Program-made: the position numbers and the translations under genes | Source: the human T2T-CHM13v2.0 reference genome, Homo sapiens | NCBI RefSeq assembly: GCF_009914755.1 | Contig: NC_060935.1 | Length of the DNA: 64,000 nt | Direction: 5' to 3' (one strand) | Part shown: piece after piece, positions 16,255 through 30,725 of the stretch | Layout: every line of letters begins with the position of its first letter | Position numbering within the stretch: position 1 is the stretch's first letter | Notes under the pieces: generated by a model | What the model was told of the DNA's origin: nothing | The model's database searches: none | Seen by the model: only the letters and a program-made list of their open reading frames with translations

Positions 16255-16570
16255 CGGGCTGGACACAGTAGCTCAAGCCTGTAATCCCAGCACTTTGGGA
16301 GGCCAAGGCAAGAGGACTGCACGAGTCTAGGAGTTTGAGACCAGCCTGGGCAATGTGGCAAAACCCTGTCTCTACAAAAGGTAAAAAAAAAATTAGCCGA
16401 GCATGGTGTCGCATGCCTGTAGTCCCAGCTACTCAGGAGGCTGAGGTGGCAGAATCACCTGAGCCTGGGATGTGGAGGCTGCAGTGAGCCGAGATCACAC
16501 CATTGCCCTACTGCCTGTGTGACAGAGCAAAACTCTGTCTCAAAAAAAAAAAAAAAAAAAAAACCAAAAG
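16255..16570 (+). mobile_element. AluJ
   Basis: Alu dimer with A tail. Confidence 0.8.
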
Positions 16571-17072
16571 GGGACTAGCTCAGTTGCTGTGGGATACCAT
16601 TTAACTAAGTCTACAGGCTAATGTTAAGCTACTGATAACAGAACAATGAATGATACTTCATATCTAGCAAAATAACCAAGACTATAAGTTTTCAAACTTC
16701 AGTGAACATCAGATTCAGCTGGAGACTAAGATACAAAAACCCTAATCCTTCTGTAAATTCTGATTCAGCAGTTTGGGGTGGAGTTGAATTATCTACGCAA
16801 GTAATTCTGATACAGACCACATCTTTACAACTATGTCAAGTAAGAGGGAATTGTTGTTTTTCTCATGTTTAGAAACATAGTCTGTTCCATCAAATATGGG
16901 ATTAAAAATATAGGCCTGAAATACTAAAGGTTTTGTTTTAAATAATCAAATCACACAGCCAAAGATTAGACAAAAATACAAAAGGGAAGAGGAGAGGAAA
17001 ATAAGTTTGCATTCTAGAAATCTTATCACTTATAAAGACTCAAAAGAAAGATGTCCCATCTTGCATAGTCAC

Positions 17073-17232
17073 CTCATCTTGTGCATCCTTCTTGATAAGG
17101 AAAGGGAGGTTCCTGGCTGTTGTCATGAGAATGTCAGCTGCTTGCTCTGTGGAGAGGAAAGGAAGAATACGGGCAACCATTCTCTTCCCTTTTCGGATAC
17201 ACATGATCTGTACAAAGTGGTCATCACTAGGC
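17073..17232 (-). CDS. PATL1: PATL1 exon 15 ([18 protein letters not shown]...DAQDE, PatC)
   Basis: 160 nt; conserved KGK.. motif of PatC. Confidence 0.96.
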
Positions 17233-17427
17233 CTGCAAGGAAGAAAAATGCCAGCTTAGGTCAGCAAGAACAATTAAGAAACCCTCATTTTTTTCCTCTT
17301 AGATGTTACTGAATGAATATACTGCATTCATTTTCATTCTCTAATAACCTGTACTATAAAACAGTAGGAATCACTTCTCCAAATCTCAACCAAATAAAAA
17401 GTAAATTTTCAGGTCTTACAAATGTAG

Positions 17428-17772
<345 letters not shown>

Positions 17773-18780
17773 TGGCCTCCTCTCTTAACTTTTAAGTAAC
17801 CACACAAATACCATATGGTTAACAGCAACAGCTTAAAAAAAAAAAAAAGAAAAAAGAAAATAAAAACATTCGTCAACTCAGAGTTAATTAGTGTTACCAT
17901 TTTAAACAACATTTTGCTTTGTATTATATATTTTTTCTTTCATAAAAAAATGGGCCCATATAATTCATATGGTTTTGTACCTTGACTTTTTTCACTCAAC
18001 AACTTATTTCCATGTCAATAAATATATTTCAACTACATACATTTTAATGGCTGCATAACATCCAATCTATGGATAAACCATTTATTTAACCAGTTCCCTG
18101 TCAGCCTAACTCCAGACACGGTGTGTTGAAAACAAAGTGCTTATTCTTATGTTTGGTTTTGTGTATGTCCTGGCTTAGAAGGATAAGTAATTCTCTTGAA
18201 CGGGTAAAAAGAAAGGGAGTTGTTAGAAGTTGTAGTTCTCTTGAATACATCGAATAAGTATTCAGGATTTACAGAACATTTAACATCAGCAAGATTCTTT
18301 TGCAGATAATGGGGTAGGTGAGGGATTCCCCATTGGAAGACTGAAGGGTTTCGATAGGATATAAATATTTTGTGGAAATCCCAGGAAGTATAAATGTTTG
18401 TACATCTGATCTTAGTAATAAAGGAAATATATAAAGATTACAAGGTTAAACATGCTAGTAATCATAAATCAGGTGCAATCTGTAAGCACAAAAACCCAAT
18501 AACGTTACCCACTATATCTCTAGTGCCTAGCACTGTCCCCAGCAGATACTATGTATTTGTTGAATGAATAAATTCAGGATAAAGACTTTTTTTTTCTTTC
18601 CTCACTGGAAAAGATAATTCGTATTTTAAATGAAGTGGCATTTGAGTTAGGCTAAAAGGATAGATTCTGAGCTTACAGAGATGGTAGGGAAGTGTACCTA
18701 AAAGGCAAAAATGTATGAAATCCAGTTATGACAGAGGAAGGAGTCCAGTTAATGTTTTCCTCAAACTGCACGATGCTTAC

Positions 18781-18929
18781 CTCTCTTGTCCAGGCAATTT
18801 CCCCCTTAAGTTGTCATACATGCTACAAATTTTGTGCTTTCTGTCATCCATTAGGGCAGGTCGCTCTTCTTCCAGACTTAGGAGATAACGTCTTTCATAG
18901 TCCTCCACATCAAGGAGTAAGCTGTAGGT
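18781..18929 (-). CDS. PATL1: PATL1 exon 14 (TYSLLLDVED...LPGQE)
   Basis: 149 nt, ttag|ACC...AG|gtaagc. Confidence 0.95.
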
Positions 18930-19159
18930 CTAAGAAGGGAGACAAAAGCAGGCCACAGCATGCTAGGTCAGAACCACAGTATTAGTTAAACAATTTCACA
19001 GTTTAGGACTACTAGCTAAAGACAAACTCATTATAGAAAGACTGAGATTTTTTTTTTTTTAATGTAGAAAACCATATGAAATAACTTAAAAAATTCCTCA
19101 AACCACCATTCTTTGTCTCTCTCTGACTTCTATTCTAGCAGGCAAAGACAGTAAAATAG

Positions 19160-19539
<380 letters not shown>

Positions 19540-20072
19540 TTAAATAACTTGCCTTAAGTTACAGACTCAGAAATGGAAAAAGACATGATTTGCAGCTTGG
19601 TTCTAGAGTCCATACTTTCAACCACTATGGTGTATGGCCTTACAATGTGGTATTTACATTTTACAAATCAACTATTAATATCCATTATTTTCCTCAGCAC
19701 CCAGAATAGTGCCCAGTAAATATCTGTGAACTAAATTAATCCACAGGTAGGACAATGTAATTTTCATTCCCATTTTATCAGGCTTAGAAAGGTGACTTGC
19801 CCAGACACTCAGCTGTTAACTGAATAAGCTTGGACAAAAACCCAATACACTTCCAACTTTAACTGCAGTGTTCTTTCCATGATGCCAATAGGTGAAACAT
19901 ACCATAATCCTTTCCAAAGTTATGTGGTACACAATAGTCACTTACCAGCAATATATTCATGAATTAAAACCAAAGAACATTGACTGATTGCTCACTGTTT
20001 CAGTTCTAGTATATACATACATTTGACAGTTCCGTATTTGAAACTAACTACAGCAACAAATTCTAAACTTAC

Positions 20073-20132
20073 TTTCTCAATTATAACAAGGGTTTTTCTC
20101 CTCTTGTCTCGAACTTGTTTTTCTTTTGTCTC
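20073..20132 (-). CDS. PATL1: PATL1 exon 13 (ETKEKQVRDKRRKTLVIIEK)
   Basis: 60 nt, ttag|GAG...AAA|gtaagt. Confidence 0.95.
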
Positions 20133-20862
20133 CTAAAAAAGAGAAGACTATTCAATGCAAATTCTTTATCTCTGTTAAAATAATTTACCAAGTGCGCATT
20201 TGTAGGTTCATTTGTGACAATACTTTGAGAAGATAATTGATTCTCTGAAAGTTAATAATCTAAAACAACCCTAGTATGAACAAAGGTCAAAGTTGACTGA
20301 ATCAATCCACAAACTATTAAATTCCATTCACAGATAGGCAAAGGGCAACCTTAGTAGAGGATAAGGAAATCATATGAAATATGAAAATCTTTTTTTTTTC
20401 TTAAACGTTAATTTTAGGTTCAATGGTACACGTGCAGGTTATAGGGTACATGTGTTTGTTACATAGGTAAACTTATGTCATGGGGGTTGTACAAATTCTT
20501 TCATCACCCAGGTACTAAGCCTAGTGCCCCATAATTATTCTTTCTGATCCTCTTCCTGAAAATCTTAAAACACATAGAAAATGATAATTTTTTTAACATC
20601 AAACTGGAGTAAATACATGCTGTTTGCAGCCAGAGCTACCCAATCCAAAGACTCCTGCCACCCTAGTCCCTGCCTGGCTGCCTTAGAAATGAAGGTGTTA
20701 ATACTGCAGCACATCTGTGGAAAACTAGAATGCATGACGAGGTGGGAGGCCCCGGGTTAGACTACAAACAACTCTACCATGCCTGATCTCATTCCATGGT
20801 GACCCCAAAAGAAGTGGTCACAAATCAGACGTTCTTAAACAGACAATTGTGTTGACACTTAC

Positions 20863-20960
20863 ATCATCCTCACTCCGAGATGTCACAACAGCATCAATCA
20901 TTTTTCGGGGATTATTCACACTAGAAACGGTAAGCTTTCCCAAAGAGCCCTCAAATTGCA
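20863..20960 (-). CDS. PATL1: PATL1 exon 12 ([10 protein letters not shown]...SEDD)
   Basis: 98 nt; conserved FEGSLGK...NPR motif; track ORF 20818..21063. Confidence 0.96.
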
Positions 20961-21101
20961 CTGCAAAGACAAAAAAAAAAAAAATTCCAACAAAATAAAA
21001 AGTCAGCAATGCAGGCAGGCAGTGTTCAAAGAAGATTTTTACTTTCCTCTGTCCCTTACTCATAGTCTAATAACTTACTGCAAAACTCAATGTATCATTT
21101 A

Positions 21102-21425
<324 letters not shown>

Positions 21426-21781
21426 TTATTTAAAGCAACCCCTTATCAAAATCTATCCTTTCTCTCTTTGTTACAATAATTATCACAATAAAAATCTGAA
21501 GTATTTCCCCCTTATTTATTTTAGGGGTACTGAAAATTATAACACATTTAAAAAATCATGAAATCTCAAGTAGAAAAGGACCTAAAAAGGCACATGTCAA
21601 AGCGTTCAGTCCAGACGTGAATAAAGGCTGATTTTTGCATTTATTAAGAACAATGGTACTTTTAAAATCACTTTGAAACATCTTTGCATATCCTTCCACA
21701 TATACACTTGTCTATATTTAATCACATCAGCAGCTTCTCAAATTTCTTTTATTATGGGCATTTTTCTTATGAGGACCTTAC

Positions 21782-21905
21782 CTGGCTTATAGGCGTGCTC
21801 CAGTTTGGCCACCTGAGGGGTGATAAGCTTGGTGCGCTCCTTCTTAGGGCCATCACCTTGTATTTCTTCAGCAGCTGACAGTTTCTCCAGTTTTTCAAAG
21901 TAATT
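21782..21905 (-). CDS. PATL1: PATL1 exon 11 (NYFEKLEK...HAYKP)
   Basis: 124 nt, gtag|AAT...G|gtaagg. Confidence 0.95.
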
Positions 21906-22155
21906 CTACCACGAGAAGATGATTTCAGTTGTAACACAAGCACAGAACACGACTGTTGTTTACCATCAAATAATTTATGCCAGTGACAGTAACACAAGTT
22001 CAGCTCTAGAAATATACTGATAGTGAATAGTGCAAGATGCTAAGTACCTCAAAAGAAAATTTTACAAATATTTAATTGTACCAATATTTAAATGAATACC
22101 CTCACCAGTGTAGGGGACCAAACTATTATCCTCAAAACTAGCACAGAGTATTTAC

Positions 22156-22336
22156 CTGGTAATAAAAATCATCCAGGTAGGGATCAGTGCTTTGCAGTTG
22201 CATCATCTGGATTTTAGAGACCCAATCCTTTTCCCGCTGCAACATGAGATTGGCATATGGATCCTTTCGGAGATGATCTTGATGACTGCTCCGGTGACTT
22301 CCTCTATCTCCCGCACCATTGAGATTCCGATGCTGA
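22156..22336 (-). CDS. PATL1: PATL1 exon 10 (QHRNLNG...[10 protein letters not shown], start of Mid domain)
   Basis: 181 nt; contains the conserved Pat1 motif LM..EKDW..KIQ..QL...DPY.DDFYYQ. Confidence 0.97.
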
Positions 22337-23300
22337 CTGAAAAACATACACCACATTCATTCCATGTGGGCAAATTAATTACGCTTTTTAACAACAGAGG
22401 AATAAACCAGGCCAGTTTTTTTTTTTTTTTTTAAAGATTCCCGTTTGCTTTTCTTAAAAGGGGAGTGAAAAAGAACTAAGTCTTAATAGAATTTAAGAGG
22501 AAAGAGCTATGTAATAAATAATGAAGAAATAAAACTAAGACCTGAGTACCTTACCATATGCTAAGCATATTCACCTATGGACTTTTGTATAAGCTCTAGA
22601 ATAACTCTGTGAGGTAGGTAGTTTTCTCTTCCCCACTTAAGACAACAAATCGATGCCAAGAGAGATCAAGTAATTTGTCCAAAGCCATACATCTAGTGGT
22701 GGACTAAGGGATTTTAACACAGGCGATTTAGCTCTGAAGTCTACATAAATTGTTTTAACTCATTAAAAATCACGAAATATTTCAAATGCAGAGAAAAAGC
22801 CCAGCAAATACTATCATAAATATCCATTTACCCATCACCAAGACCCAATAGAAAAAAATGTATTTGGTTGAATTTGCTTCAAATATTTTAAAGTAATATT
22901 AAAATAACACAGTGCTACACTGACAGAGGCCCTGTTGTACCCCTCTAGACCCAGTTTCCAGCTTCTCTTCCTTCATAGAGGAACCACTATTATGCCCTTG
23001 GTATGGATGTATCCTCCCTGAAATGTTTTTCTACGTTTATTACTTGTGTGTCTGTCTTTAAATATTACACAGTATTATTCCGTGTGCCTTTTAGTTTTAC
23101 ATAAATGGTACATATAATTCTGTTCCTTGCTTCTTTACTCAATATTATGCTTTTCATATTTACATGTTGATAATACATCCAGGTTTATGGATATGAAGTA
23201 AACTTACTAAAAAAAACAAAACAACTAAATAGCATGTTGTTACACTGTTAAAATTAAAAGCTGAATTAAGAAGCCATAAAGGAATCGGATGAGTACTTAC

Positions 23301-23390
23301 CTTCTATTCTGTTGCTGTCTCTGATGCAAGAGTCGACGGTGCTGTGGATGGAGGTGAGTTGTGTCCGGTCTAAACATTGGGGCCTGAGAT
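23301..23390 (-). CDS. PATL1: PATL1 exon 9 (SQAPMFRPD...QQNR)
   Basis: 90 nt, ttag|A...AG|gtaagt. Confidence 0.95.
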
Positions 23391-23512
23391 CTAAGAAAAA
23401 CGGAAAAGAGGTTCTCAGTTTGGTCATCCTGATGACTTGAAATTTTAAAGAATGTTGTCAGTAGAGGATAACTTCATACAGGTTAACTTAAGGGACTACA
23501 AAAGTCTATTCG

Positions 23513-23830
<318 letters not shown>

Positions 23831-24044
23831 CTATTCTAAGGAGACCTTTTAGAAGCAAAAGATAGTCATATTTTTACATATCTTCTACAAAGACCAAGTT
23901 CTAAAAGGGTGATCATGAAATCTGAGTGAATTAGGAGTAAAGCAGTATAATTCTTTTTCTTTTTGCTTCTGTTTAACAGAAGTCTCTAAGTAGGTTTAAC
24001 GTACTCAGCTTCAACTATGTGGGAATGTCATTAAAGATATATGT

Positions 24045-24505
24045 GTGACAGTTAATATGGCTAGGCCTTAGTACCCAGTTATTTGGTCAAACACTGTTTA
24101 GATGTTGCTGTGAGGGTATTTTGTAAAGATGTGATTAACATTTATAATCAGTTGACCTTACAAAAGAGATTACCCTCAATAATGTGGGTGGAGCTCATCC
24201 AGCCAGTTGAAGGCCTTAAGAACAAAACTAAAGTTTCCCAGAAGAAGGAATTCTGCCTCAAAACTGGAACACAGAAATCCTGCTTGAGTGTCTTGACTGC
24301 TGACCTGCTATACTTATTTCAAACTCAAGACTGCAACTTGAGCTTTTACCTGTTTCTTGCCTGCTGGTCTGTCTTACAGATTTCGAACTTGTCAGCCTCT
24401 ATAATCACGAGCCAATTTCTTAAAATAAAACCTGCTCACATGAACATTCTTGCTCTCTTTCCTCTACTGGTTCTCGTGTGTCTCTTGAAAATCCTGACTG
24501 CCACA
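24045..24505 (+). mobile_element. MLT2 (ERVL) LTR
   Basis: tgtgacagttaat...cccagttatttggtcaaacac...gatgtgattaacatttataatcag. Confidence 0.7.
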
Positions 24506-24840
24506 ATATGATATGTAATAAAACACAACTTCACTGAAACAGGAACTTGAACCCCTTTTGTCATAAAACCAGAGGATAAAAGCAAACAGCTTAGCTAGTG
24601 TGACGATTAGCTGACTTTTCGGCATCTGTCACTGTATTCCATACCCTCTGGTAATGTGAGAAAAATGTGATTCACAAGAAAGCCTGGAGATTGTCAAACA
24701 TTTCCATGTTTGCCAACTTGAGGATCCAATAACATCTTAAAATTTATAGTTAGCAAATATCAAGAGACTTATAAAACTACACATCCACAATCAAGAGACT
24801 TGGCTGATAACTGATAAACAGTGGCGTTGATTTTGTATAC

Positions 24841-25058
24841 CTTAGGTTTTGCAGGTGGGGTCCTGGGCCAGGAGGGTGCTGCTGTGGAGGTGGTGTAGCG
24901 GAGGGTGGAGCACTAAAGAAGGCACGGAAGCCTGGTGCTGGGGGAAGCATCTGCCCAACTCGCCCTTGTAGCAACTTGGGATTCATGGCAGCAAGTGGAC
25001 TACCAACAAATCCAGGGACCCGTGCAAACTGGCTGGGAGACATCCGTCCAGGCTGTAG
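24841..25058 (-). CDS. PATL1: PATL1 exon 8 (LQPGRMSPSQF...LQNL, proline-rich)
   Basis: 218 nt, gtag|CTA...AG|gtatac; track ORF 24777..25043. Confidence 0.95.
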
Positions 25059-25273
25059 CTACAAAGAGGAAGAAGATCTTAGATTTAGACAATCAGCAAG
25101 TCCCCTTGCTTTTGTCTACAGAAAAGTGAATACGGTTTTCCATCAATAACTTTGTTTGAAAAAGTAAAGGCAAAAATAAAAGTAGTGATTAACAGCAAAA
25201 AAAGGGGCTATTATCTAATGAACTTTAGGAAAGTAGGAGAGTTCTTTATGGGTAGGGCTAATCACAGGCTTAC

Positions 25274-25363
25274 CTGTGCTCCTCCAAGAAGCTGTGCTCT
25301 CTGGAGGGGGCTGAGAACAGGAGGAACACTAGGAGGAAAAGGGTGACCCAGGAGGGAAGAGTT
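25274..25363 (-). CDS. PATL1: PATL1 exon 7 (NSSLLGHP...LGGAQ)
   Basis: 90 nt, ttag|AAC...CAG|gtaagc. Confidence 0.95.
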
Positions 25364-25816
25364 CTAAGGTAAAAAAAAAAAAAAAAAAAAGAATATGCTA
25401 TAAAACAGGGGGTACATCATAATAAGGAAACTCAGCAGAAATGCAGTATAAACTTGGATATAAAAACTCTCAAATTACAGAGTCAAGCTCTGGAATAGAA
25501 AAAAAGAGTAATGCTAGAAATTATAAAAACACCATGACCATGTGACATGAAAAAGAAGCAGTAGAACATGGGACTGAAATGGTAGGAACCAGATGATCAC
25601 AATGAGTTTAGATTTTTAAAGGTAAGAAAAGAGCTGATGTAAGAAACAACTGTCCTCTGACCTGGGGACAATTAGATCCAGCAATTTAAGTAAGGAGATT
25701 ATAAAAAATAGGTATAATTTAGGAGATGTCAGCAAATCTAAATACTGGCAGTGATCTTACAAATAGTGATCAGAAAATACATACTGCACATTTTTGTTAG
25801 GCTTAAAGTGACATAC

Positions 25817-25918
25817 CGGGACACTGCAGAGCTGGTTTGGAGACATCCTCTCACCATAGGGAGCAGGATAACGAGGTGGCATTGGGGGCCGAACATGGAC
25901 AGGCTTCGGACACAGAAT
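25817..25918 (-). CDS. PATL1: PATL1 exon 6 (ILCPKPV...LCSVP)
   Basis: 102 nt, atag|ATT...CCG|gtatgt. Confidence 0.95.
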
Positions 25919-26847
25919 CTATCAGGACAAACATATATACAACTACACTCAATGAAATCAGTTTTTCTTCCACCTACACTCCCTCCCCTCAAGTACTGGT
26001 AGAGACACGAACTCAATGCAAAGCCCTACTTCTAAGCAAATTGCTATGGCTACAGGTTCAAATACAGAACCTTGGGCCACTTTCTCTCACAAATCAAGTA
26101 AAGTGTCAGCATTAACTGAGGAAGATTTAGCTAATTCTCCAGTTATCCCCACCCTTCCATGCTGTCTGAGGGAGATACCAGCAGATATTCTGACTTGCAA
26201 ATTCTCTCCAAGAGGATATATTTTGGTAGCACTGAGGGAGAAGGAATGATAAGAAAGCTGGAGGATTAACTAAGTCCTATTCTGAAGCCCCTGTGATATG
26301 GCCGCCATGCTCAGCACTTTTGTGATACATTGTGACTCCACCATTTCATAGGATTTGAGCCTAACTAGGCCATACCAACACCACCCTCCCCCCATACCTT
26401 CCAAATTGGCCTTCCTTTTCAGCTGCTGGTTTCAGGTGGAGGAAAGTCTATGGAACAGGACTGCACAGGCTCTAGGGAAAGCAGGGATATCTTAAAGGTA
26501 AAAAGGGATGTGGACAATGCTGTGTGTTCCCACTCCCCCCGGCTTTCAGTTATCTCTCTGACAATGTTTTGGGCAGCCAGCAAAACACTTCAAAAAGGAT
26601 ATATGTGCTAAATGTGGCTAACTACCCTTTTTTCTCCCCCAATTAAAAGGCAGCAGCAATAGCAGCAGCAAAGGGTATCAGGGAATGTGTCTCTTATTTG
26701 TACTAATTTCTCCTCTAACTAGCTATTTTTCTTTCTAATCTAATGCCTACCCAAAATTTCCACCCTCCACCCAACATCACCAATTTTCCAAATAATTTTG
26801 CCCAGATTCCCAATATCCTGGGCTGTGTGCTTGTTAATGAGAGGTAC

Positions 26848-27042
26848 CTGTTGGGTGAAGCTGGGTACAGCCATCTGTTTAGGTGGGGTGCCTATGGGGA
26901 CAGCTCTAACAGGAGGACTGCCAATGATAGGTGAAGTTGACCGCCTTGGTAATGCTCGTTCAGAAAGGTCCCGATCATCTTCTGGACCCTGGGGGGGCCT
27001 CTGAGGCAAAGCATATTCTAATACAGACACTGTAGGCATTTC
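26848..27042 (-). CDS. PATL1: PATL1 exon 5 (EMPTVSV...SFTQQ)
   Basis: 195 nt, ttag|GAA...CAG|gtacct; track ORF 26740..27039. Confidence 0.96.
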
Positions 27043-27212
27043 CTAATTGAGGAAGTGGTAAAATAAAATAGAAATTAACTAACTTGGTATGTTTTAGTAA
27101 TCTCTACAGATGCCAAAAATACCTTAAGAAATTTTTTTAACTTTTTATTTATTTTTAATTCACATATAGTAAAATTCACTTTTTGGTATATGGTTCTCTG
27201 AGTTTGGTAAGC

Positions 27213-27500
27213 GGCTCATGCCTGAAATCCCAGCGCCTTGGGAGGGTGAGGTGGGAGGATCACTTGAAGCCAGGAGTTTGAGACTAGCCTGGGCAACACA
27301 GCGAGACTTCATCTATACAAAAATAAAAAAACTAAGCCAGGCATGGTGGCATGCACCTGTAGTCTCAGCTACTCAAGAGGCCGAGGTGGGAGGATCACTT
27401 GAGCCCGGAAGTTCAAGGTTACAGAGAGCTATGACTGTACCAGTGCACTCTAGCCTGGTTGACACAGCAAGACCTGGTCTCAAAAAAAAAAAAAAGAAAG
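27213..27500 (+). mobile_element. AluJ in intron 4
   Basis: Alu dimer. Confidence 0.8.
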
Positions 27501-27639
27501 AAAGAGAGAGCAAGAACAGTTGCATCACTCCCCAGAAATTCCATTGTATTGTTCCTTTGTAGTTAACGCCTCCTGCCATGTCCAACCACTAGTAAACACT
27601 GATGACCTCTCTGTCCCTATAGTTTTGCATAGAAATGAG

Positions 27640-28046
<407 letters not shown>

Positions 28047-28183
28047 TAAGTGCTGGATGCAGTAGTCGACATAATTCTAGCAAATGAAAGACCTATAAAC
28101 CCCTTCAGTAAGGAAAGGATGACGACAGGAACTTAAAATTTTTGGATATTATAAATTTTATGTAAAGAGAAAATATTTAATAC

Positions 28184-28264
28184 CTGAGCAAGCAGTGGTC
28201 CTCGGATTCGCCTCAGAACTTCAGATCCATCCCAGATACTGGAATTCAGACTTCCTGGTTGGGG
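28184..28264 (-). CDS. PATL1: PATL1 exon 4 (PQPGSLNSSIW...LLAQ)
   Basis: 81 nt, ttag|CCC...CAG|gtatta. Confidence 0.95.
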
Positions 28265-28569
28265 CTAACAAAAAAGGAAAACATACAGAGTCTGAAATGT
28301 TGTATACTCTCTGGGTGACTTATCTGCTGCTGGGGAACAAGGTTCCAAAAGAGCCTCAAGCTGCTTTAGAATACGAAATTATAGGGCTCCAGAATATACA
28401 TTATTCCCCAAGTTTATCTCTAGAACTTCTATCATCAGGAAATATATTATCAATTTTCTATGGTATATGTAAATCTCTCATTATAATAGATAAAATAAAA
28501 TGGCAAAGTTCAATACTTCACTTTAATTTTTAGTCTGCTATAGTTCTCAAATCACAGTAACTTACTTAC

Positions 28570-28787
28570 TTGTAAAACTGGCCTGGTCTGCACTGCCCTC
28601 ATAATAGCTGGATCTTCTAGTTCATTTTCAATCACCATCTTACTGAGCCTTTCTGCCAGATTCTCCTCATGGTCACCCAACAAGTCCATTTCATCTCTCT
28701 CTCCATTGCCTGTTTGTTCATTAACTGCCACTGGTAGCTTTTCTTCCAATTCAGCCAGGCGCTCATGTGCTTCCTGCCAATCATCAT
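28570..28787 (-). CDS. PATL1: PATL1 exon 3 (DDDWQEAHERL...RPVLQ)
   Basis: 218 nt, tag|AT...CAA|gtaagt; overlaps track ORF 28552..28824. Confidence 0.96.
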
Positions 28788-28855
28788 CTATAAGATGACA
28801 CAGTTCATGTAAGAAATAGTTCATAGTGGTACAAAAAAGTTTTACACAATTATTG

Positions 28856-29173
<318 letters not shown>

Positions 29174-29539
29174 TAAGCAAATGAATAATTCCAGAAGATA
29201 GGTAGAAAGTTAAGTTTACACTTAGAAACAGGAAATAAGGTTTAAACTAAGGGACACGTAAAGCATGCTTTTTATAAGTAAAAGCAAATAACATTATACC
29301 AGGAATAAAATTCAAACATGTGAATTAATAGCTTAAAACATTATCAATAATGTCCAAACTATATTCTGAAACTGTTTCCCAAATTGGTGATAGATATGTA
29401 TAGTACTACTAGTTGGTTTTGAGATTCTATGACATTTCAAGCAAAAACTTTAAAGGGAAGTTAAAACTCATAGCATTAGCATACAACTTCCTCTTAGATT
29501 TTAAGTGCCACATTCTTTACATGCTTTTGAATCCATTCG

Positions 29540-30120
29540 TTCCATTCAATTAATATTTGGTAAGCATCTATTATGTGACAAGCCCTGTTTTAGACGCATG
29601 GGATACATTGGTGTACAAAAAGACACAGAGATTCTGCCTTCATAACACTTTCATGCAAGCAGGAAAGAGAGAGATGATAGACAATAAGCATAATGATTAG
29701 ATACTATACCAGAAGATGAAATTGCTGTAGGAATATAAAGGAAGAAAGGCAGATTGAAAATTTAAATAGATGGTCAGAGGTAGGCCTCATTGAGAAGATG
29801 ACATTTGAGCAAAGATTCTAAAGAGTAAGAGGGTTAGCAATTTGGATATCTGGGAGAAGAGGGTTCCAGGCAGAGGGACAGTCAGTATAAAGAAAGGCCT
29901 TAAGGTGAGAGATTGATGGTTTTGAGAAACGGCAAGGAGGACTGTGTCTGGAATGGAATGAGCAGGGTGGGGAGAGTAGAAGAAAATGAGGTCAAGAAGT
30001 CATGAGGAGGGAGCTCATTCTGGGCCACTATGATTGAAATGGGAAGCCAATGGAAATTTTCATTTGGCTTAACTTTTAAAAGAATCACTCTGGCTGCTGT
30101 GCTGAAAACAGGCTAGGGAA
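29540..30120 (-). mobile_element. L2 3' remnant
   Basis: cattcaattaatatttggtaagcatctattatgtg...gagaagatgacatttgagcaaaga...aagaatcactctggctgctgtg. Confidence 0.65.
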
Positions 30121-30405
30121 GAGGAAGGGGCATTTCCTCTTTTATCTTAACTATGTCTGCTATTACTGCACACTACTATAAAGTCTGTAGCACTGACATT
30201 AAGGTTGTTTCTGCATTTGGTATGTTGGCATCATTTTTTCTGTTTTGGAATCCCATTACAGCACAGATTACAATCTTCAGAACCCTCTATCAGCTGCTCT
30301 GGAGCTAGACCTTACTTCCAACGCATCTCACTCCAGTTCTCTCCAATCTTATTCCATTCTGCTTCCATCATGAAAGCTGTACTCACAGTTTTGCTCCATT
30401 CAGTA

Positions 30406-30725
<320 letters not shown>

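Noticed and set aside
19935-19950. Strong donor CTG|gtaagt ~128 nt past exon 13 (similar orphan donor at ~36361)
   Set aside because: Orphan consensus donors are common and no convincing paired acceptor was found
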